Shown: positions 14,376 to 28,901 of the stretch, piece after piece
Numbering within the stretch: the stretch's first letter is position 1
How the letters are laid out: each line of letters begins with the position of its first letter
Source: the human T2T-CHM13v2.0 reference genome, Homo sapiens
NCBI RefSeq assembly: GCF_009914755.1
Contig: NC_060929.1
Length of the DNA: 64,000 nucleotides
Strand: one strand, 5' to 3'
The notes under the pieces: model-generated
Told to the model about the DNA's origin: nothing
The model's database searches: none
The model's input: only the letters and a program-made list of their open reading frames with translations
Translations under genes and position numbers: made by a program

Positions 14376-15626
14376 ATAAGTTCTACTAAAATTGAAGCAA
14401 GAGCAAACATCGAATTTATAGTCAATCTTGGGTGGAAAAATGATGAAATCTTCCTTGCTTTGTAGAAAGTTTAGGGGGACAATATCCTAAAGAAATCAGC
14501 TGTTTATAAATGGATAGTTTTAAGAGGAGACCATGAATGGAGCTGGAGGCCATTATCCTTAGCAAACTAATGCAGGAATAGAAAACCAAATACTGCATGT
14601 TCTTACTTATAAGTGAGAGCTAAATGATGAGAGCACGTGGACACATAGTGGGGAACAACAGACAATGGGGCCTATTGGAGGGTGGAGGGTGGGAGGTGGA
14701 AGAGGTTCAGGAAAAATAACTAATGGGTACTAGGCTTAATACCTGGGTGACAAAATAATCTGTACAACAAATCTCCATGACACCAGTTTATCTATATTAC
14801 AAACCTTCACATGTGCCTCTGAACTTAAAAGTTAAAAAAGAGATGGGATGAGACAGTGTTGACAGTGAAGCCCACAGCGATAGACCATCTACATCAATTT
14901 GCAAGGAAAAAATTAATCTTGTTCATGCCCTAATTGAAGAGGACCAACGACTAACAGCAGAAACAATAGTCAACACCATAGTCATCTCAACTGGTTCAGC
15001 TTACACAATTCTGACTGAAAAATTAAAGTTGAGCAAATGTTCTACTCAATGGATGCTAAACCCACCACACCCAGATCCACTGCAGACAAAATCAGAGCTT
15101 TCCATGGAAATTTTAAATAAATGAGAGGAAGATCCTAAAGCATTTCATTGAAGAATTGTAACAGGAGATAAAACATGGCTTTACCAGTACAATTCTGAAG
15201 ACAAAACACAATCAAAGCAATGACTACCAAGAAGTGGAAGTGGTCCAGTGAAAGCAAAATTGGACCAGTCAAGAGCAAAAGTCATGGCAACAGTTTTTTG
15301 GGGATGCTCAAGGCATTTTGCTTGTTGGCTTTCTGAAGAACCCCAAAATGGTAACATCTGCTTATTATGAGGGTATCTTGAGAAATTTAGCCAAAGCTTT
15401 AGCAGAAAATCCCCCAGGAAAGCCTTACCAGAGAGTCCTTCACCATGACAATGCTCCTATTCATTCCACTTATCAAACATGGGTGATTTTGCAAGAGATT
15501 TGATAGGACATCATTAGGCATCTATCATCTTACAGTCTTGATTTGGCTCCTTCTGCCTTTGTTTCTAAATCTTAACAAGTTTTTAAATGGCTCAATTTTT
15601 CTTCAGTTAATAATGTAAAAAGACTC
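14376..15626 (+). pseudogene. Disrupted Hsmar2 DD34D transposase
   Basis: ORF fragments 14253-14465 (tail) and 15318-15503 show mariner motifs; multiple stops and frameshifts plus an L1 insertion. Confidence 0.85.
14533..14840 (+). mobile_element. L1PA13-16-type 3' end inside Hsmar2
   Basis: 'ggagctggaggccattatccttagcaaactaatgcagg...aaaaataactaatgggtactaggcttaatacctgggtgacaaaataatctgtacaacaaa'. Confidence 0.85.
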
Positions 15627-16009
15627 TGTATGCATGGTTCCATTTTCTGGACTCTATTCTGTTCTATGGGCCCGTTTTCTATCTCTGTACAAATACCACA
15701 TCATACAAATTACCATAGCTTTATATTATATTTTATACTTGCCCTTTGGTAGAGTAAGACCCTCATTTTGTCATTTTGTTCTTTGTCTTCAAGAGTATCT
15801 GTTTTATCTATAAACTATCATCATCTCTTCTTTTTTCCCCCTAGAAGTTAAGGGACAATCAATCTGTCATTTTTAAAGCAAGGTGACCTAGAATTTAATC
15901 TATCACTCGTTACTTTTTAAAATCATCTATCACTCTTTAAAATTCCTTATTTGTAAATGGGAAAATTAATAGTATCCTCTCAGATGATGGATGTTAATGC
16001 ATTTGAACT

Positions 16010-16218
16010 TAGCAGTTAGGATTGTAATCGCACACTGTCTGGGTTTGAATTTCTACTCTCCCGTTTACAAGATGAGACCTTGAACAAGATTCTCAACCTT
16101 TTGAAACCTCAGTTTCCTCATCTGTAAAATGGGGATAATACATTATTTTTTAAATATGAGATTATATATCAACTTAACCACAGTATTAGTATATAAACAA
16201 TAAATAAATGTCACTATT
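16010..16218 (+). mobile_element. MIR SINE
   Basis: MIR core 'cctcagtttcctcatctgtaaaatggggataata'. Confidence 0.8.
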
Positions 16219-17693
16219 TTGATTTGTTCTCTATTGAAGTCATGAATCAAGATATGGAGGTGGGAAAACTAAAGGCATATACAGAGGTTTTGTGTAGGAA
16301 AAATAATATGGCAAAGACAGATGAAAATTGGAGAACAATAAATTAGAAAGGAAGATGGGGTCAGATTATAAAAGATATTCAAAAGTTGGTGAACTTAGGG
16401 AAGAGAACAGACTGGTAGAAAGCATTTATTATTTGGTTATGGCTTTTCATATTTATTTATTTCTCTACTCACCCTGGTGAGATTTGATGATTATAGCCAT
16501 TTTATACATGACATCAAACAACTTAGCCAAGTCATGCAGATGGTAAGTGTTTGAACCAGGGTGTGGGCCTGTGTATGATTCTAAATCTTTTGTTCTTCTC
16601 TCTGCGTAAGGCAGAAAGAGTTTGGGCTACATCATAAATGTTTTAAAAAGAAGAAAAATGTAGTAAAAATAGTGTTTCACATAGATGGATTCGGCAGTAT
16701 GTGCAGATTGTCATGTGAGGTGTGGCTGGGAAGTGACACTAGGGGCTCAGAGGTAGAAGGGCCAGGCTGACTATTTCACACTTGCGGAGACAAGGAAATG
16801 AAGGCTTAGATGCAGGCAATGGCAGCAGGGATGGCAAGAGAGGGCATGCAATCTATCAGATACTTGTCCTGCTTGTCCTTTGTGCCTTGTCCGTTAACAC
16901 TGGACTAAAGATATGTCACCTATTCAGTTAATGCCTTTTGATTCACTAAGCCTTTTATTTCAAGATTCCTTTTGAACTGAACTTTATTTGAAGTGTCTTT
17001 TAAAATTTTATTTTCTTCTAAAAGGCTAGCTTACAAGTGATTATACAAAAAAAAGAAAGCTATTAAACTAAACTATACTAAATCCTAAAATATTACTAAA
17101 TACAACACTAAAATCTGAAAAGTATTCATAATTTCATGGAGGGTGAATTATAAGAAAATGAAAATTTGTGTATAATAGAGAAATACCTTTTCAGTATTTT
17201 TAGATCTGTAGAGTATTTAGGGCATTTCGTTAGTTCAGATGTACCAATACTTTCCATTTGAATTAAAAAACAGAAGTTAGATTTTTAAGGGGAAATGAAC
17301 ACTTCCTTGGTTTGTAGTTCATTATGATGCATGTGAATTTGTAGAATTTTTTGCCCAGAAGACAAGCAAAGCAAAATAAGCTGTGGTGACTCCTCTTATA
17401 TTCCCTATTGTTACAGACAAAAGCAAGGAAAATCTCGCGGACTCATTTTGGTTTTAAATAGTAAACCTTCTATGGAGCTTCTGTAGTTAACTGCAGATAA
17501 TCAAAACTAAACCGAAAACCAACCAAACAAATAAATAAAAAAACTACATTAAATTAAAACATGGATGCTAATAAAAGTACTTAATCTTTCAAAAACCAGT
17601 TAGTAGATTTCACACCATATTTATTATGTTAATTAATTGAGCCATTTTCTGAAATAAAACATTTTTAGTGTTCAGAGTTATTAATGATTTCAT

Positions 17694-17974
17694 TTCTTTC
17701 TTTCTTTCTTTTATTTTCTTTTTGAGATGGGGTCTTGTTCTCTTGCCCAGGCTGGAGTGCAGCGGATGCAATTGCGACTCACTGCAGCCTTGACCTCCTG
17801 TGCTCAAGTGACCCTCCTGCCTCAGCCTCCTGAGTAGCTGGGACCACAGGCATTGTGCCACCATGCCTGGCTAATTTTTGTATATTTTTTTGTAGAGGTG
17901 AGGTTTTGTCATATTGCTCAGGCTGATCTCAAACTCCTGAGCTCAAGCTTGGCCTCCCAAAATGCTGAGATTAC
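17694..17974 (-). mobile_element. AluJ, slightly 5'-truncated
   Basis: Antisense Alu with J-type 'cactgcagccttgacctcctg' and a (CTTT)-type tail. Confidence 0.9.
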
Positions 17975-18574
17975 TGAAAAAACCAAAACCCTAGCTTCAA
18001 AGGAGACTGAGATAGGAATAAAATGTAAGATGATAACTACATTTCACTTTCTTTTAAATAATATTATTGCAAAAGAAAATTAATAAAGACCAGAGACCAA
18101 AGGTTGAGTTCTGAGTGGGGAAGTTCTGCTGCAGGTAGGGTGCCTGACCCAGCGCTCAGAGCCCAGTCCCTGGGGAGGAGATTTGAGAAGGGGAAATGGC
18201 CAGCAGGTCTTTCAGAGCCAGAAGACCATCATTTCTCTCCCACGTTGGGAAAGCAAGGCCTGTGGGTGTTGCGGATTGGTTGGAGCTCTCTGGGCTCATA
18301 TCTTAGATGAGCTCTGAGCTGACTGGAGGTGGGCTCTTGTGTAAGTGAGGAGTGTGTCTCACTCAGGATTCAGGATTCCAGCTGCCTCAGCCATGTAGGG
18401 GAGGGTCTCCAGTCAGGAGAATGGCACACTGTCTGGTCTGCCTCACTGTTAGCTGGCTAGACAGCTGGTTGAGATTTGTCATGATCTTAGTATTCCTTTG
18501 CATGCTTCTTCATGAGGGAACAGCGAACTTTGGATAGTTTCCACATTTGGATAGAATCTGACTACTACCTATAA

Positions 18575-18890
<316 letters not shown>

Positions 18891-18974
18891 TAAGAATCAT
18901 ATAGTTACAAGTCAATGAACAAAATTCATTGTCCATATTCAATGAACAAAATTTAGAAAACACAGATATGTAAA

Positions 18975-19632
18975 TTTTTTTTTTTTTTAATTATACTTTA
19001 AGTTCTGGGATACATGTGCAGAACGTGCAGGTTTGTTACATAGGTATACACGTGCCATAGTGGTTCGCTGCACCCATCAACCCATTATCTATATTAGGTA
19101 TTTCTCCTAATGCTCTCTCTCCCCTAGCCCCCACCCCCTGACAGGCCCCGGTGTGTGATGTTCCCCTCCCTGTGTCCATATGTTCTCATTGTTCAACTCC
19201 CACTTGTGAGTGAGGACATGCGGTGTTTGGTTTTCTGTTCTTTTGTTAGTTTGCTGAGAATGGTGGTTTCCAGCTTCATCCGTGTCCCTGCAAAAGACAT
19301 AAACTCATCCTTTTTTTATGGCTGCATAGTATTCCGTGGTGTATATGTGCCACATTTTCTTTATCCAGTCTATCATTGCTGGGCATTTGTGTTGGTTCCA
19401 AGTCTTTGCTATTGTGAACAGTGCTGCAATAAACATATGTGTGCATGTGTCTTTATAGTAGAATGATTTATAATCCTTTGGGTATATACCAGTAATGGGA
19501 TTGCTGGGTCAAATGGTATTTCTAGTTCTAGATCCTTGAGGAATTCCCACACTGTCTTCCACAATGGTTGAACTAACTTACACTCCCCCCAACAGTGTAA
19601 AAGTGTTCCTATTTCTCCACATTCTCTCCAGA
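18975..19632 (-). mobile_element. L1PA7/8-type 3' fragment (~650 bp)
   Basis: 'ttatactttaagttctgggatacatgtgcagaacgtgcagg'; 17-bp TSD acagata(t/a)gtaaatttt. Confidence 0.92.
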
Positions 19633-19879
19633 AACAGATAAGTAAATTTTAACAGTGACTATAAAAATCAATTGCTTCTCCTATCTGTGGAATTCCTACA
19701 CATTTTCACTTTCCTCAGGTCACTTCAGCCCAGCTTCTGTCTCCTGCACCTCTTCCCCAACTCCCCTCAGTCTAATTTATCAAGGCTGTCCCATTTAATG
19801 CTCCACCTACGTTTACCAATGTTTAGCAAGGGTCAAAGCCCAAGGACTAGATCTATGTAGTGGATACCAATTTTTTTCC

Positions 19880-20480
19880 CACTGTTACTGAGATTATGGG
19901 CTAATAAATGACACACAGCAAATAGGTAAATGAAGAGACAATTTCATAATTACAAATTGCAATGACTGCTGTGAAGGGAAAGATCCAGGGGCTATGAGTG
20001 GAGTAACTCTGTAATTCATTATCCAAACTGGGGCACTCTTGAGAGTGGAAGGAGGCATCATTAAGTATTATATTGGAAAAACAGGTGAAAACCAGACTAT
20101 GCCAGGTAAGTCAGGATCCATGGTCACCATTCAGGAAACTGGACTTTCATTTGACTATACAGAGAAGAGAGACCCAGAGGATCAGGACTTAGCCATGCAA
20201 AGAGTCTCAAAAAGGACAATCTGGGCAGAGGAACAGAGAATCAAGAAAGTTTGTGAGTTCGAGGAACTGCAAGAAAGCGTGTTTGGAACAAAATGATCAA
20301 GGCATAAAGTGATGTCAGGTGAGGCTGAGGCCAGATCACTCAGGGCTGTAGATCAAATTATGCAGATTGGATTTTTTATTTCTAAATATAGTATTTGGCC
20401 AGTGAAATACTTTATTAAGCAGGGAAGGTGATAACAACTAGAGTTTTTTTTTTTAAAAAGATTATTGTGCTTATTGATAT
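19880..20480 (-). mobile_element. L2 fragment (host of MER94)
   Basis: Decayed antisense L2, e.g. 'ggccagatcactcagggctgtagatcaaattatgcagattggatttt'. Confidence 0.55.
20000..20131 (-). mobile_element. MER94-like hAT-Blackjack MITE
   Basis: 'aattcattatccaaactggggcactcttgagagtggaagg...atggtcacc'. Confidence 0.65.
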
Positions 20481-20799
20481 AGGAAGGATTTCACAATTCA
20501 TTAAATGAAAAAAATTGGACTGCAGAGTTGTCTGCATAATATGATTGCATTAGTGTGTTTGTTTGTGTACATGTTAACATATACATAAGCAAACAGATAG
20601 CAGATGGCCTGGAGAGACCTTTAGCAAAATGAGATTACCCATGCTTAAAAATGTTACTTATCTGTATTTTCTAAATTTTATTCATTGTATATGAATTATA
20701 CTTGTGATAATATTTCTAAACTGGGCAAAACCAAAACCAAAAGGTTGCTTTGATTACTTTTGGAAAATAGACGGGAGAAAAGTCCTGCATCTCATCTTC

Positions 20800-21150
20800 T
20801 CACAGCTCTTCTGGGATATCGCCCATCAATTATTATTCTTCTAGACTACAGCTTTAATCTCCATTTTTCAGGCTCATTTTTCACTGAGAATTCTCCCAAA
20901 TTGATTTGTCCTACTCTAAAAGAATCCTTCCATCTACTTCACCTTCTCCCTTCTTTCTCTCTACCAAATGTCTTGAAAAGGAGCAATCTGTACTCATTGC
21001 TTTCTCTATCTCCTCCCATTGACTCCTTTTCAGTAAAGCTTTCATTTTCCCATTCTCCTCTTTCCTCCAAGGTCACCATTGCCCTCCTAGTTGCCAAATT
21101 TGATGGCAATTTCTTGATTCTTATCTTGCTGGAGTATCTGAAATGATCAA
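20800..21150 (+). mobile_element. L2 reverse-transcriptase remnant
   Basis: ORF 20760-21146 contains SKVTIALLVAKFDGNFLILILLE, resembling the L2/CR1 RT motif KVTNDL..AK..G.F.VLILLDLS. Confidence 0.65.
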
Positions 21151-21239
21151 ATATCATTTTAAAAAATGTTTTACTATAGAGAATTTCAAATATGTACAAA
21201 TATAGAGAAAATATTATTAATAAACTCTCATATATTCTT

Positions 21240-21657
21240 TTGGAGAAATGAGGCAATCCTGGCCCTGACCCCTCTGTACCAATACAGAATAAAGCAAGAG
21301 CACAATTTATTATTGGGTAAGCACTAGCAGATTTATGTACATAAGACGGCACAAAAATGACTGCAGTCTGGACAGAATTTCACACAAAGTTATACAGTAA
21401 AGTAGGAGAAAGAATAGCTAAACTCTTTTCATCTTCTTGAGAGATAAATGTTTGCTCCTTGGGACTGTCTTCTGTATACCTCCTGGGAGACTACTGAGTT
21501 AAATTCATAAATAGGTGCTTACAGTTCCAAGGGTCAAAAAGCCTACAACTTGGCAATAAAAACCAAGAGGTTGGGCCTCTTTGGGGTGGATTATGTTTTC
21601 AAGGAGAGAAGAGTGAGAAGCAGCTGCCTTGTCCTGATTTCATCATGTTACCCTTAC
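21240..21657 (-). mobile_element. Probable ERV1-class solo LTR (MER67-like) nested in an old L1MC 3' end
   Basis: TG...CA-bounded ~415-bp block with antisense AATAAA, interrupting continuous L1MC-like sequence (21160-21240 and 21660-21885). Confidence 0.4.
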
Positions 21658-22221
21658 AATCCATCATCTTGCTTCAGCTACGATCACAGCATGGTCTATC
21701 TTATTTCATCTGTACTTCCACTGGTTTCTCCCAGACCCCAAACTTTCCACCATTGTGTTGTAAACATTTCTGTATGAAACTTCTAGATATTGTCTAAAAT
21801 TGTTACATGTAAATACAGTACATTCTGTAAACTCCCCAAACATCAATTCATTAATATAATCAAACATTCAGTATTCACATGGTCCTATATTTTTGTATCC
21901 CCCCTTCTCTGGATAATCTAGAATATTCCTCATTTCCCAAGGAGTTTGCATATATTCTTCCCCTCTACCTTTGCTTCTGCTTGTTTTTCTGTCTGGAACA
22001 TCCTCCTTTGTCTCTGCCATAGGTCACCCCCCAGCCTTCAAGACCTAGCTGAAATATCCGCATCCCTCTCTTTCAGATAGAAGGTACTAATCCTTCTTTT
22101 GAACTTTCACAGCATCTTTGTAACAGGTATGCATCCTAGTCCCTACATCCAGAGGTGTGAGACATACCACCTTATTGCCTTTAATTTAATTTGATTTCAA
22201 CTCTGAACCTACGTGATAGGG

Positions 22222-22667
22222 CAGGAGTCCCCAACCCCTGAGCCACAGACCAGTACCAGTCTGTGGCCTGTTAGGAAGCAGGCCACACAGCAGGAGGTGA
22301 GCAGTGGGTAAGTGAAGCTGAGCCCTGCCTCCTGTCAGATCAGCAGCAGCATTAGGTTCTTATGGGAGTACGAACCCTATTATGAACTGTGCATGTGAGG
22401 GATCTAGGTTGCATACTCCTTATGAAAATCTAATGCCTGATAATCTGTCACTGCCTCCCATCACCCCCAGATGGGACCGTCTAGTTGCAGGAAAACAAGC
22501 TCAGGGCTCCCACTGATTCTACATTATGGTGAGGATGTAATCATAACAGAAGTAAAGTGCACAATAAATGTAATGCACTTGAATCCTTCCCACCCCTCTC
22601 CCACATCTGTGGGAAGATTGCCTTCCATGAAACCTGTCCCTGGTGTCAAAAATGCTGGGGACGGCTG
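22222..22667 (+). mobile_element. MER1A hAT-Charlie DNA transposon
   Basis: TIRs 'caggagtccccaacc' and 'gctggggacggctg'; 8-bp TSD tgataggg/tcataggg. Confidence 0.9.
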
Positions 22668-23332
22668 TCATAGGGAATAGACAGTAAATTCCACCTCAAT
22701 CATTATTGGAGTCCCTTCTGCCTCTCAGCATCATACCTCTCCATTCTTTCATCTCTTCAATTTCCCAGAAGATGGAGAAGTACCTTTAATCTCCCTCTCA
22801 TAATATCCCTGATGACTTTATAGTCTTGGGTCTTGGTGGCCCCTTGAGGTTGAGAAGTTCTTTCCTTCCAGATGGCATGTGAGGCTCAGGAATCCTTGCC
22901 AAAGCTGGCAACTCACTGCCGAAATTCTTGCTCTCTTATCCCAGGAAGTAGCCAGCCTGACTGAGATTGCACCATGAAGCACAGCATGGGTACCATTCAC
23001 CTCCAGGAGCCACAGTCCTCTCTCTCCTTCCCATACCACTCCCCTGGTATGTCTCTCCCTCTTGCCTGCCCTTTAATAACTCCTGGTGTTAATCTCTTCC
23101 AAAAGCTTTCTAACTTACAAAAGACAGCTCTTCTTTTTGTTCCTGCAAAAATAATTCCCCAAGTTGCATGGTACAAATTGGAGTGATATCATGAGGCTCC
23201 ACATTATGTCATCTTCCTGGGACAGGTGTGTTCAAGTTCCATTTCTTTTCATTCTTATTTCTTTAGTTAGCCATTTGCAATTGCAATCCTGTTCTGTGTT
23301 TGCTAAGATGACAACAGTATTCTGTCCACTAT

Positions 23333-23600
23333 GCATAGTGAGGTGACTAAATCTCAACCTCAGAGCCAGACACCCTGGGAAGGAAGCCCTGCTACACACC
23401 TTACTAGTTGTGTGATCTTGGGTGAGATAACCAAACTGCTCTTTGCCCCAGTTTCTTCATCTCTAAAGAGGAGATAAAAATGTTTCTCAGCTCAGGGAAT
23501 TGTTACAAAGAATAAAGAAATTAATATTTGTGGTGTGCTTAGAAGCCTTGCACTTGGCATCATATAGGTCAATAAGTAAAATATGAGGTAAATTGCTACT
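23333..23600 (+). mobile_element. MIR SINE
   Basis: 'actagttgtgtgatcttgggtgag...cagtttcttcatctctaaa'. Confidence 0.75.
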
Positions 23601-24278
23601 ATTTCATTTTAAGATGTGACAACTTAACATAGGAAAGTTAATTGCCCAGGTTCACACAGCAGATAAGTGGGAGGGCAGAGAAGGGATTATAACCAAGTTA
23701 AGCAATTGAAATATCTTATGCTAACTAACTTTATTTAAAAATCCTTAACCTTCAAGCCATATAAATTATGCAGTAATTATCCTAATAAATTGTTAGTCTT
23801 ATGTCCTGGCAAATAACTTGCTTTCTAAATCCAAACACAGTTTGCTTCCCTTATATATAATTGAATGACATTTTCTTCCAAATTACACAATCTCTTTTCA
23901 TTGTTTATAGGGTCCTATTATGGAGTGAATCTATACCTAATTATAGTGGTTTGCTATTTCAGGATTTGCTTCTTTGACTCAGTAGATTTCAGAATATAGA
24001 CTGATTGGGTATTTCAGCCTGTCAGTTTATAGAATTGATATGGACCAAAAGTTTTCCATTCCACATGAGAAATTTCATTCTAGTCATTAGATTTGACTAG
24101 TCACTATATTTGGTTTGCACATGCAGGGTGATCAACATTGCTCTGATTTTGAAAGTTCCCACAGCTGTTACTTCCTCACTGCTGAGTGGGTTGTCAGCAC
24201 CCTTGCGATGTCTTCTCCCTGTAATGGAAGATTTAAAAAGAAGAATTATGATGTTACCAGCCTATATGATAAACTAGG

Positions 24279-24633
24279 TGTATTAGTCTGCTGAGGTGCC
24301 TTTAAAAATACCATATATGGAGTGACAATAACATATTTCTCACAATTCTCGAGCCTGGAAAGTCCAAGATCAAGGTGTCATTTGATTTGCTTCCTGGTAA
24401 GGGCCTGCGTCCTGGCTTGCAGATGGCCATCTTCTTGTGTTCTCACATAGTAGAGAGAGAGCTCTTTCTCCTTCTTTCTCTTACAATGCCACTAATCTCA
24501 TCATAGGACTGCTACCCTCATGCACTCACTTAACTCTAATTAACTTCCGAAGGCCTCATCTCCAAATACCATCAAATAGAGGGTTAGGGCTTCAGAAGAT
24601 AAATTTCTGGGGGACACAATTCCATCTATAGCA
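24279..24633 (-). mobile_element. MLT1A-type MaLR solo LTR
   Basis: TG...CA ends; perfect 5-bp TSD ctagg at 24274-24278 and 24634-24638. Confidence 0.88.
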
Positions 24634-25179
24634 CTAGGTTCAGGAGTTTATCATTTAGAGAATTAACAAGAGCAGTAAATGAACACATTATTGGTCTCTC
24701 AGAGCCCTCTCAGCCATTCAATTCATACAGCACAAACTTGCAAAATTTAGATTTGAAGTGAAGGCTGTATGTACATGAAATGTGTCAGAGATCCTAAGAG
24801 ATCATTCGTTTGTTCATTTTCTAACCCATGATTTTTAGTGTTAGATGCTGAATATATTCAATGACCTGGCTGCCACTGGCCTGGTATAGCTTGTAATTTT
24901 GCTATTATATGACATCAATTTTAACCAAACATTCAGCATTCTCAGAGAAGATACAGTACTAATGTAAGTGCCTAGTTTGTATTTAAGAGAGGCATCTGAA
25001 ACAGAGTTACCTGTTTCTTCTAGATCTGCATAATCCTGAAGAGTGGAAGCTATCATCATAGTGTGAATTTAGAGACCTAGAAATATCTCCTGCCCCCTAC
25101 AGGAGGCAAACTTGACTGAAATGGTATTATTCTATCATCATACCACAGACTCATTTTTTAAGACATTTTGTAAACAAAT

Positions 25180-26270
25180 AACTTGTATTATTGAATGCTT
25201 CTTTTGTACCTGATAATATACTAGATACTGGGAATACAAAGTGAACAAGACAGACAAATGCAAGACAGATACTGGGAATGTAAAACTTCCTGCACTGAGA
25301 GAGCTTACATTTGAGAAGGCTGGGAGTGAACAGTTACAAATAAACCAATAAATCAAAAAATAAATAAAATTGTAAATAGAGTAGGAAGAAAATAGAATGC
25401 AAGGATAGCATGAGTAATCAAAGATGATCTCTCTGAAGAAGTAAAATTAAGCTGAGATCTAAAGAATGAAATGGAATAATTATGTCAAGAGCACAGGAGT
25501 AAGTGTTCTAGGCCGAAGAAATAGAAAGTGCAAAAACCTTGATGGAGAGAGAGGCAAGAATTTGTAGGAGTCCAAACTACAGATAATTATGGTTTGAACT
25601 AGGGAACTAGGGTAGTGGTAGTGATAAGGAAGAGAAGTGGAGAGTATAAGAGTTTTACATATGCAATAAGATTTTTATGGCAGGAAAGTCAGGTCTTGAT
25701 GATTTGGATTTAGGAGTGAGAGATGACTCCTAGGATTTTGATTTGACAACTGGGTGTATAGAACTCCTTTTTACTGTCAAAGGGAATAAGTGAAGAAGAC
25801 CCATGTCTAGGGAGAAAAACCAAGAGTTCCAGTTTAAGTTTGAGAAACCTCTAGACATCCAGTGAGATGTCATGTTGTTAACTGGATGGATGAGTCTGGA
25901 ACCCAGAGTAGAGGTCTGGGCTATAGAAATAAATTAGAGTGGTGAGCATGTGACTGCTATTTAATGTCATGAGAATTAACGGAATCACCTCAGAGGAGGA
26001 AGAAAAGGAAATAGAAAAGGTGGCCTAAGATAGAACTCTGAGGACCCATTTAGAGGTAAGAAAGAGAAAAAGATGACAGCAAAAGAGACTGAGAATAAAC
26101 TGTTACCAAGGGAGGGAATTTAAAAAGGGGAAGAGGGGGAAGGGGTGGAGCATTATAGCAGAGCTAAGTGAGGTGATAGTTTCAACATACAAAAAATGTC
26201 CAAAACAAGAACATTTCAATGAAGAGATAAGGCTAGATGTCAGATTAGAATGGGTTTAAAGGTAAAGTAG
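25180..26270 (-). mobile_element. L2 fragment
   Basis: 'tattgaatgc...ctagatactgggaatacaaagtgaacaagacag...gagcttacatt', 'gtttgagaaacctctagacatccagtgagatgtc'. Confidence 0.7.
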
Positions 26271-28220
26271 GACTTAAGTTTCTGACAGTATAGCAGACTA
26301 AACACCAGAAACCTTGTCCCAGTAAAAACAACAAAAAAAAATTCTGGATAAAAAATTTTTTTGAGAAGCTTTATAATTACATAACTGGCAAGAAAGTAAA
26401 ATCCTCAGATATGAAATGGACAAGGAAGCATGAATTCAGAGAGGTCAATAAATCATCTCGGACAAATGCAAGTCTTGGGTGGGATGGAGTTTGGGTTTTT
26501 GGGAACACCTATTCCAGCCTATGGCTGATCTAAGGTGGGATAATAAATCCAAGACCCATGCACAAAACTGAGACTACTGAATGACAATCCCTTTAGAGGC
26601 TGAGTTTAAAACAAATCCCACTCCACAGAAAGCCATAGAAAGGAAATGTGCCTTCTTAGCCTTGCTTCTGAATAGAGGGGGAGAATGTCTACCCTTGAGA
26701 ATTTCCAACCACAAGACCACCCTTATGTATGCTTGGAGAAATAATTTATGCTATTCCCAAGTAGCTCAAAAAAACTTGAAGCTGAAAATTTAAAGTAGTG
26801 TTCAATTGGAAATATACTTCTTCTCCCTTTCCAAGCTTGGCAGTTGCAAATACAACTTAACTCTGAAAACAAAAAAAAATTTTAAAGAATTCACATGGAT
26901 AAAGGTCCAAATAATTAACTTCACAATTTTAAAAATTACGAAACATCTGAAGAAATAAACCACCAAAAGCTAAAAACAACAAATTGTAGAATCAGACATA
27001 AAAATACTATAGATATTGGCTAACTCAGATTCAGTTGTATAAGTTTACTTGTTTAAATAAATAAAGTATAGAATTGAAAATGTTAGCAGAAAATAAGAAA
27101 TTATCAAAAATTACCATACAGATTTGAAAAAAACCATAATTGAAACTAGACACTCAATAGACATATTAGACACAACTTACTAGGGAATTAGTTTGGAAGA
27201 TAAATCTGAAAAAATAAAAGCTAGCATTCATGACAGGGATAGAAAGAGTTGGAAATATGAAAGACATATTAAGTGACATGGAAGATAGAGAGAGATGGTC
27301 TACCATATAGTTAATTGCATACTAGAAAGAAAATAGAAAAAATGATTAAGAGAAAATCTGCAAAGAAATATACCTGATGATTTTTCAAAAATTAATGAAA
27401 GATATGAATTTACAGATTTAAGAAATATAAAATAACATGTTTATCTAGAAAAAGTTTAGCAAAACTGCATAATATCTAAGAGAGATCTTAAAAATATCTT
27501 AAAAATATGAAAGACAAATGGCCTACATTGATTTATAAAACAATAGTTTTAAGATTTAATTTGTGGAGTTAATGAAAAACAAGCTAAAATGCTTAAGAAA
27601 ATAAATCTTGTAAACCAAGAGGAAGGATTAGGTGTAAAACATACTAATTCCTTGTATTATTTAACAGGAAAGAAAAGTAAATAACTTACACTGTTTATAT
27701 TGGATTATGTATGTATATTAAAATTTGTAAAGCCATCAACTAAATGAATGTAAGAGGGTATATGTGTTTTGAACAATAGGAAAAAATGAAATTTATTAAA
27801 AAAGTAAGAAAAGAAGGCAGGAAACCAAGAAAGAGAAGAAAAATGAATGCAGAAATGTTGGGACAAAAAAAAAAGCACCCTAAATAGGTAGTAATAAATC
27901 TGAATATATCAATAATAATAGTTGTAAGGTGAGCTCTCTAGTAAAAGGTATAGATTATCAAGACTGGATTTTAAAAAATCCAACCATATACTGTTTGTAA
28001 GATCATATCTAAAACATAAAGACCAAAACGTTTTAAGTAAAACAACAGAAAATGATAAATGCAATAATATAAGTTATATAATAATCGTATAAACAATAAA
28101 ATGCAAACCAAGAGAAAGTTGGTATAGTTATATTGTGGAAGATAAAATCGACTTCAAGAAAAAAAGCATTATATAAGTTATGAGGTCATTATATCGTGAT
28201 ACAAGTTTTAAATCACTGGT
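26270..28220 (+). mobile_element. Old L1M 5' region (5'UTR/ORF1/start of ORF2), highly decayed
   Basis: A-rich L1-like motifs 'gacatattaagtgacatggaagatagag', 'caaccatatactgtttgtaaga', 'aaaatgcaaaccaagagaaagttggtatagttatatt'. Confidence 0.6.
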
Positions 28221-28228
28221 AGGAGGAT

Positions 28229-28901
<673 letters not shown>

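Noticed and set aside
20101-20112. Consensus splice donors (CAG/GTAAGT here; similar at ~40710 on + and ~47975 on -)
   Set aside because: Isolated donors with no convincing paired acceptor or reading frame; expected by chance in 64 kb
20760-21352. Overlapping 128- and 137-aa ORFs
   Set aside because: Lie in L2 and L1/LTR remnants; the only recognisable motif is decayed L2 RT
26108-26150. G-quadruplex candidate
   Set aside because: G-runs are irregular and lie in a decayed L2; unremarkable
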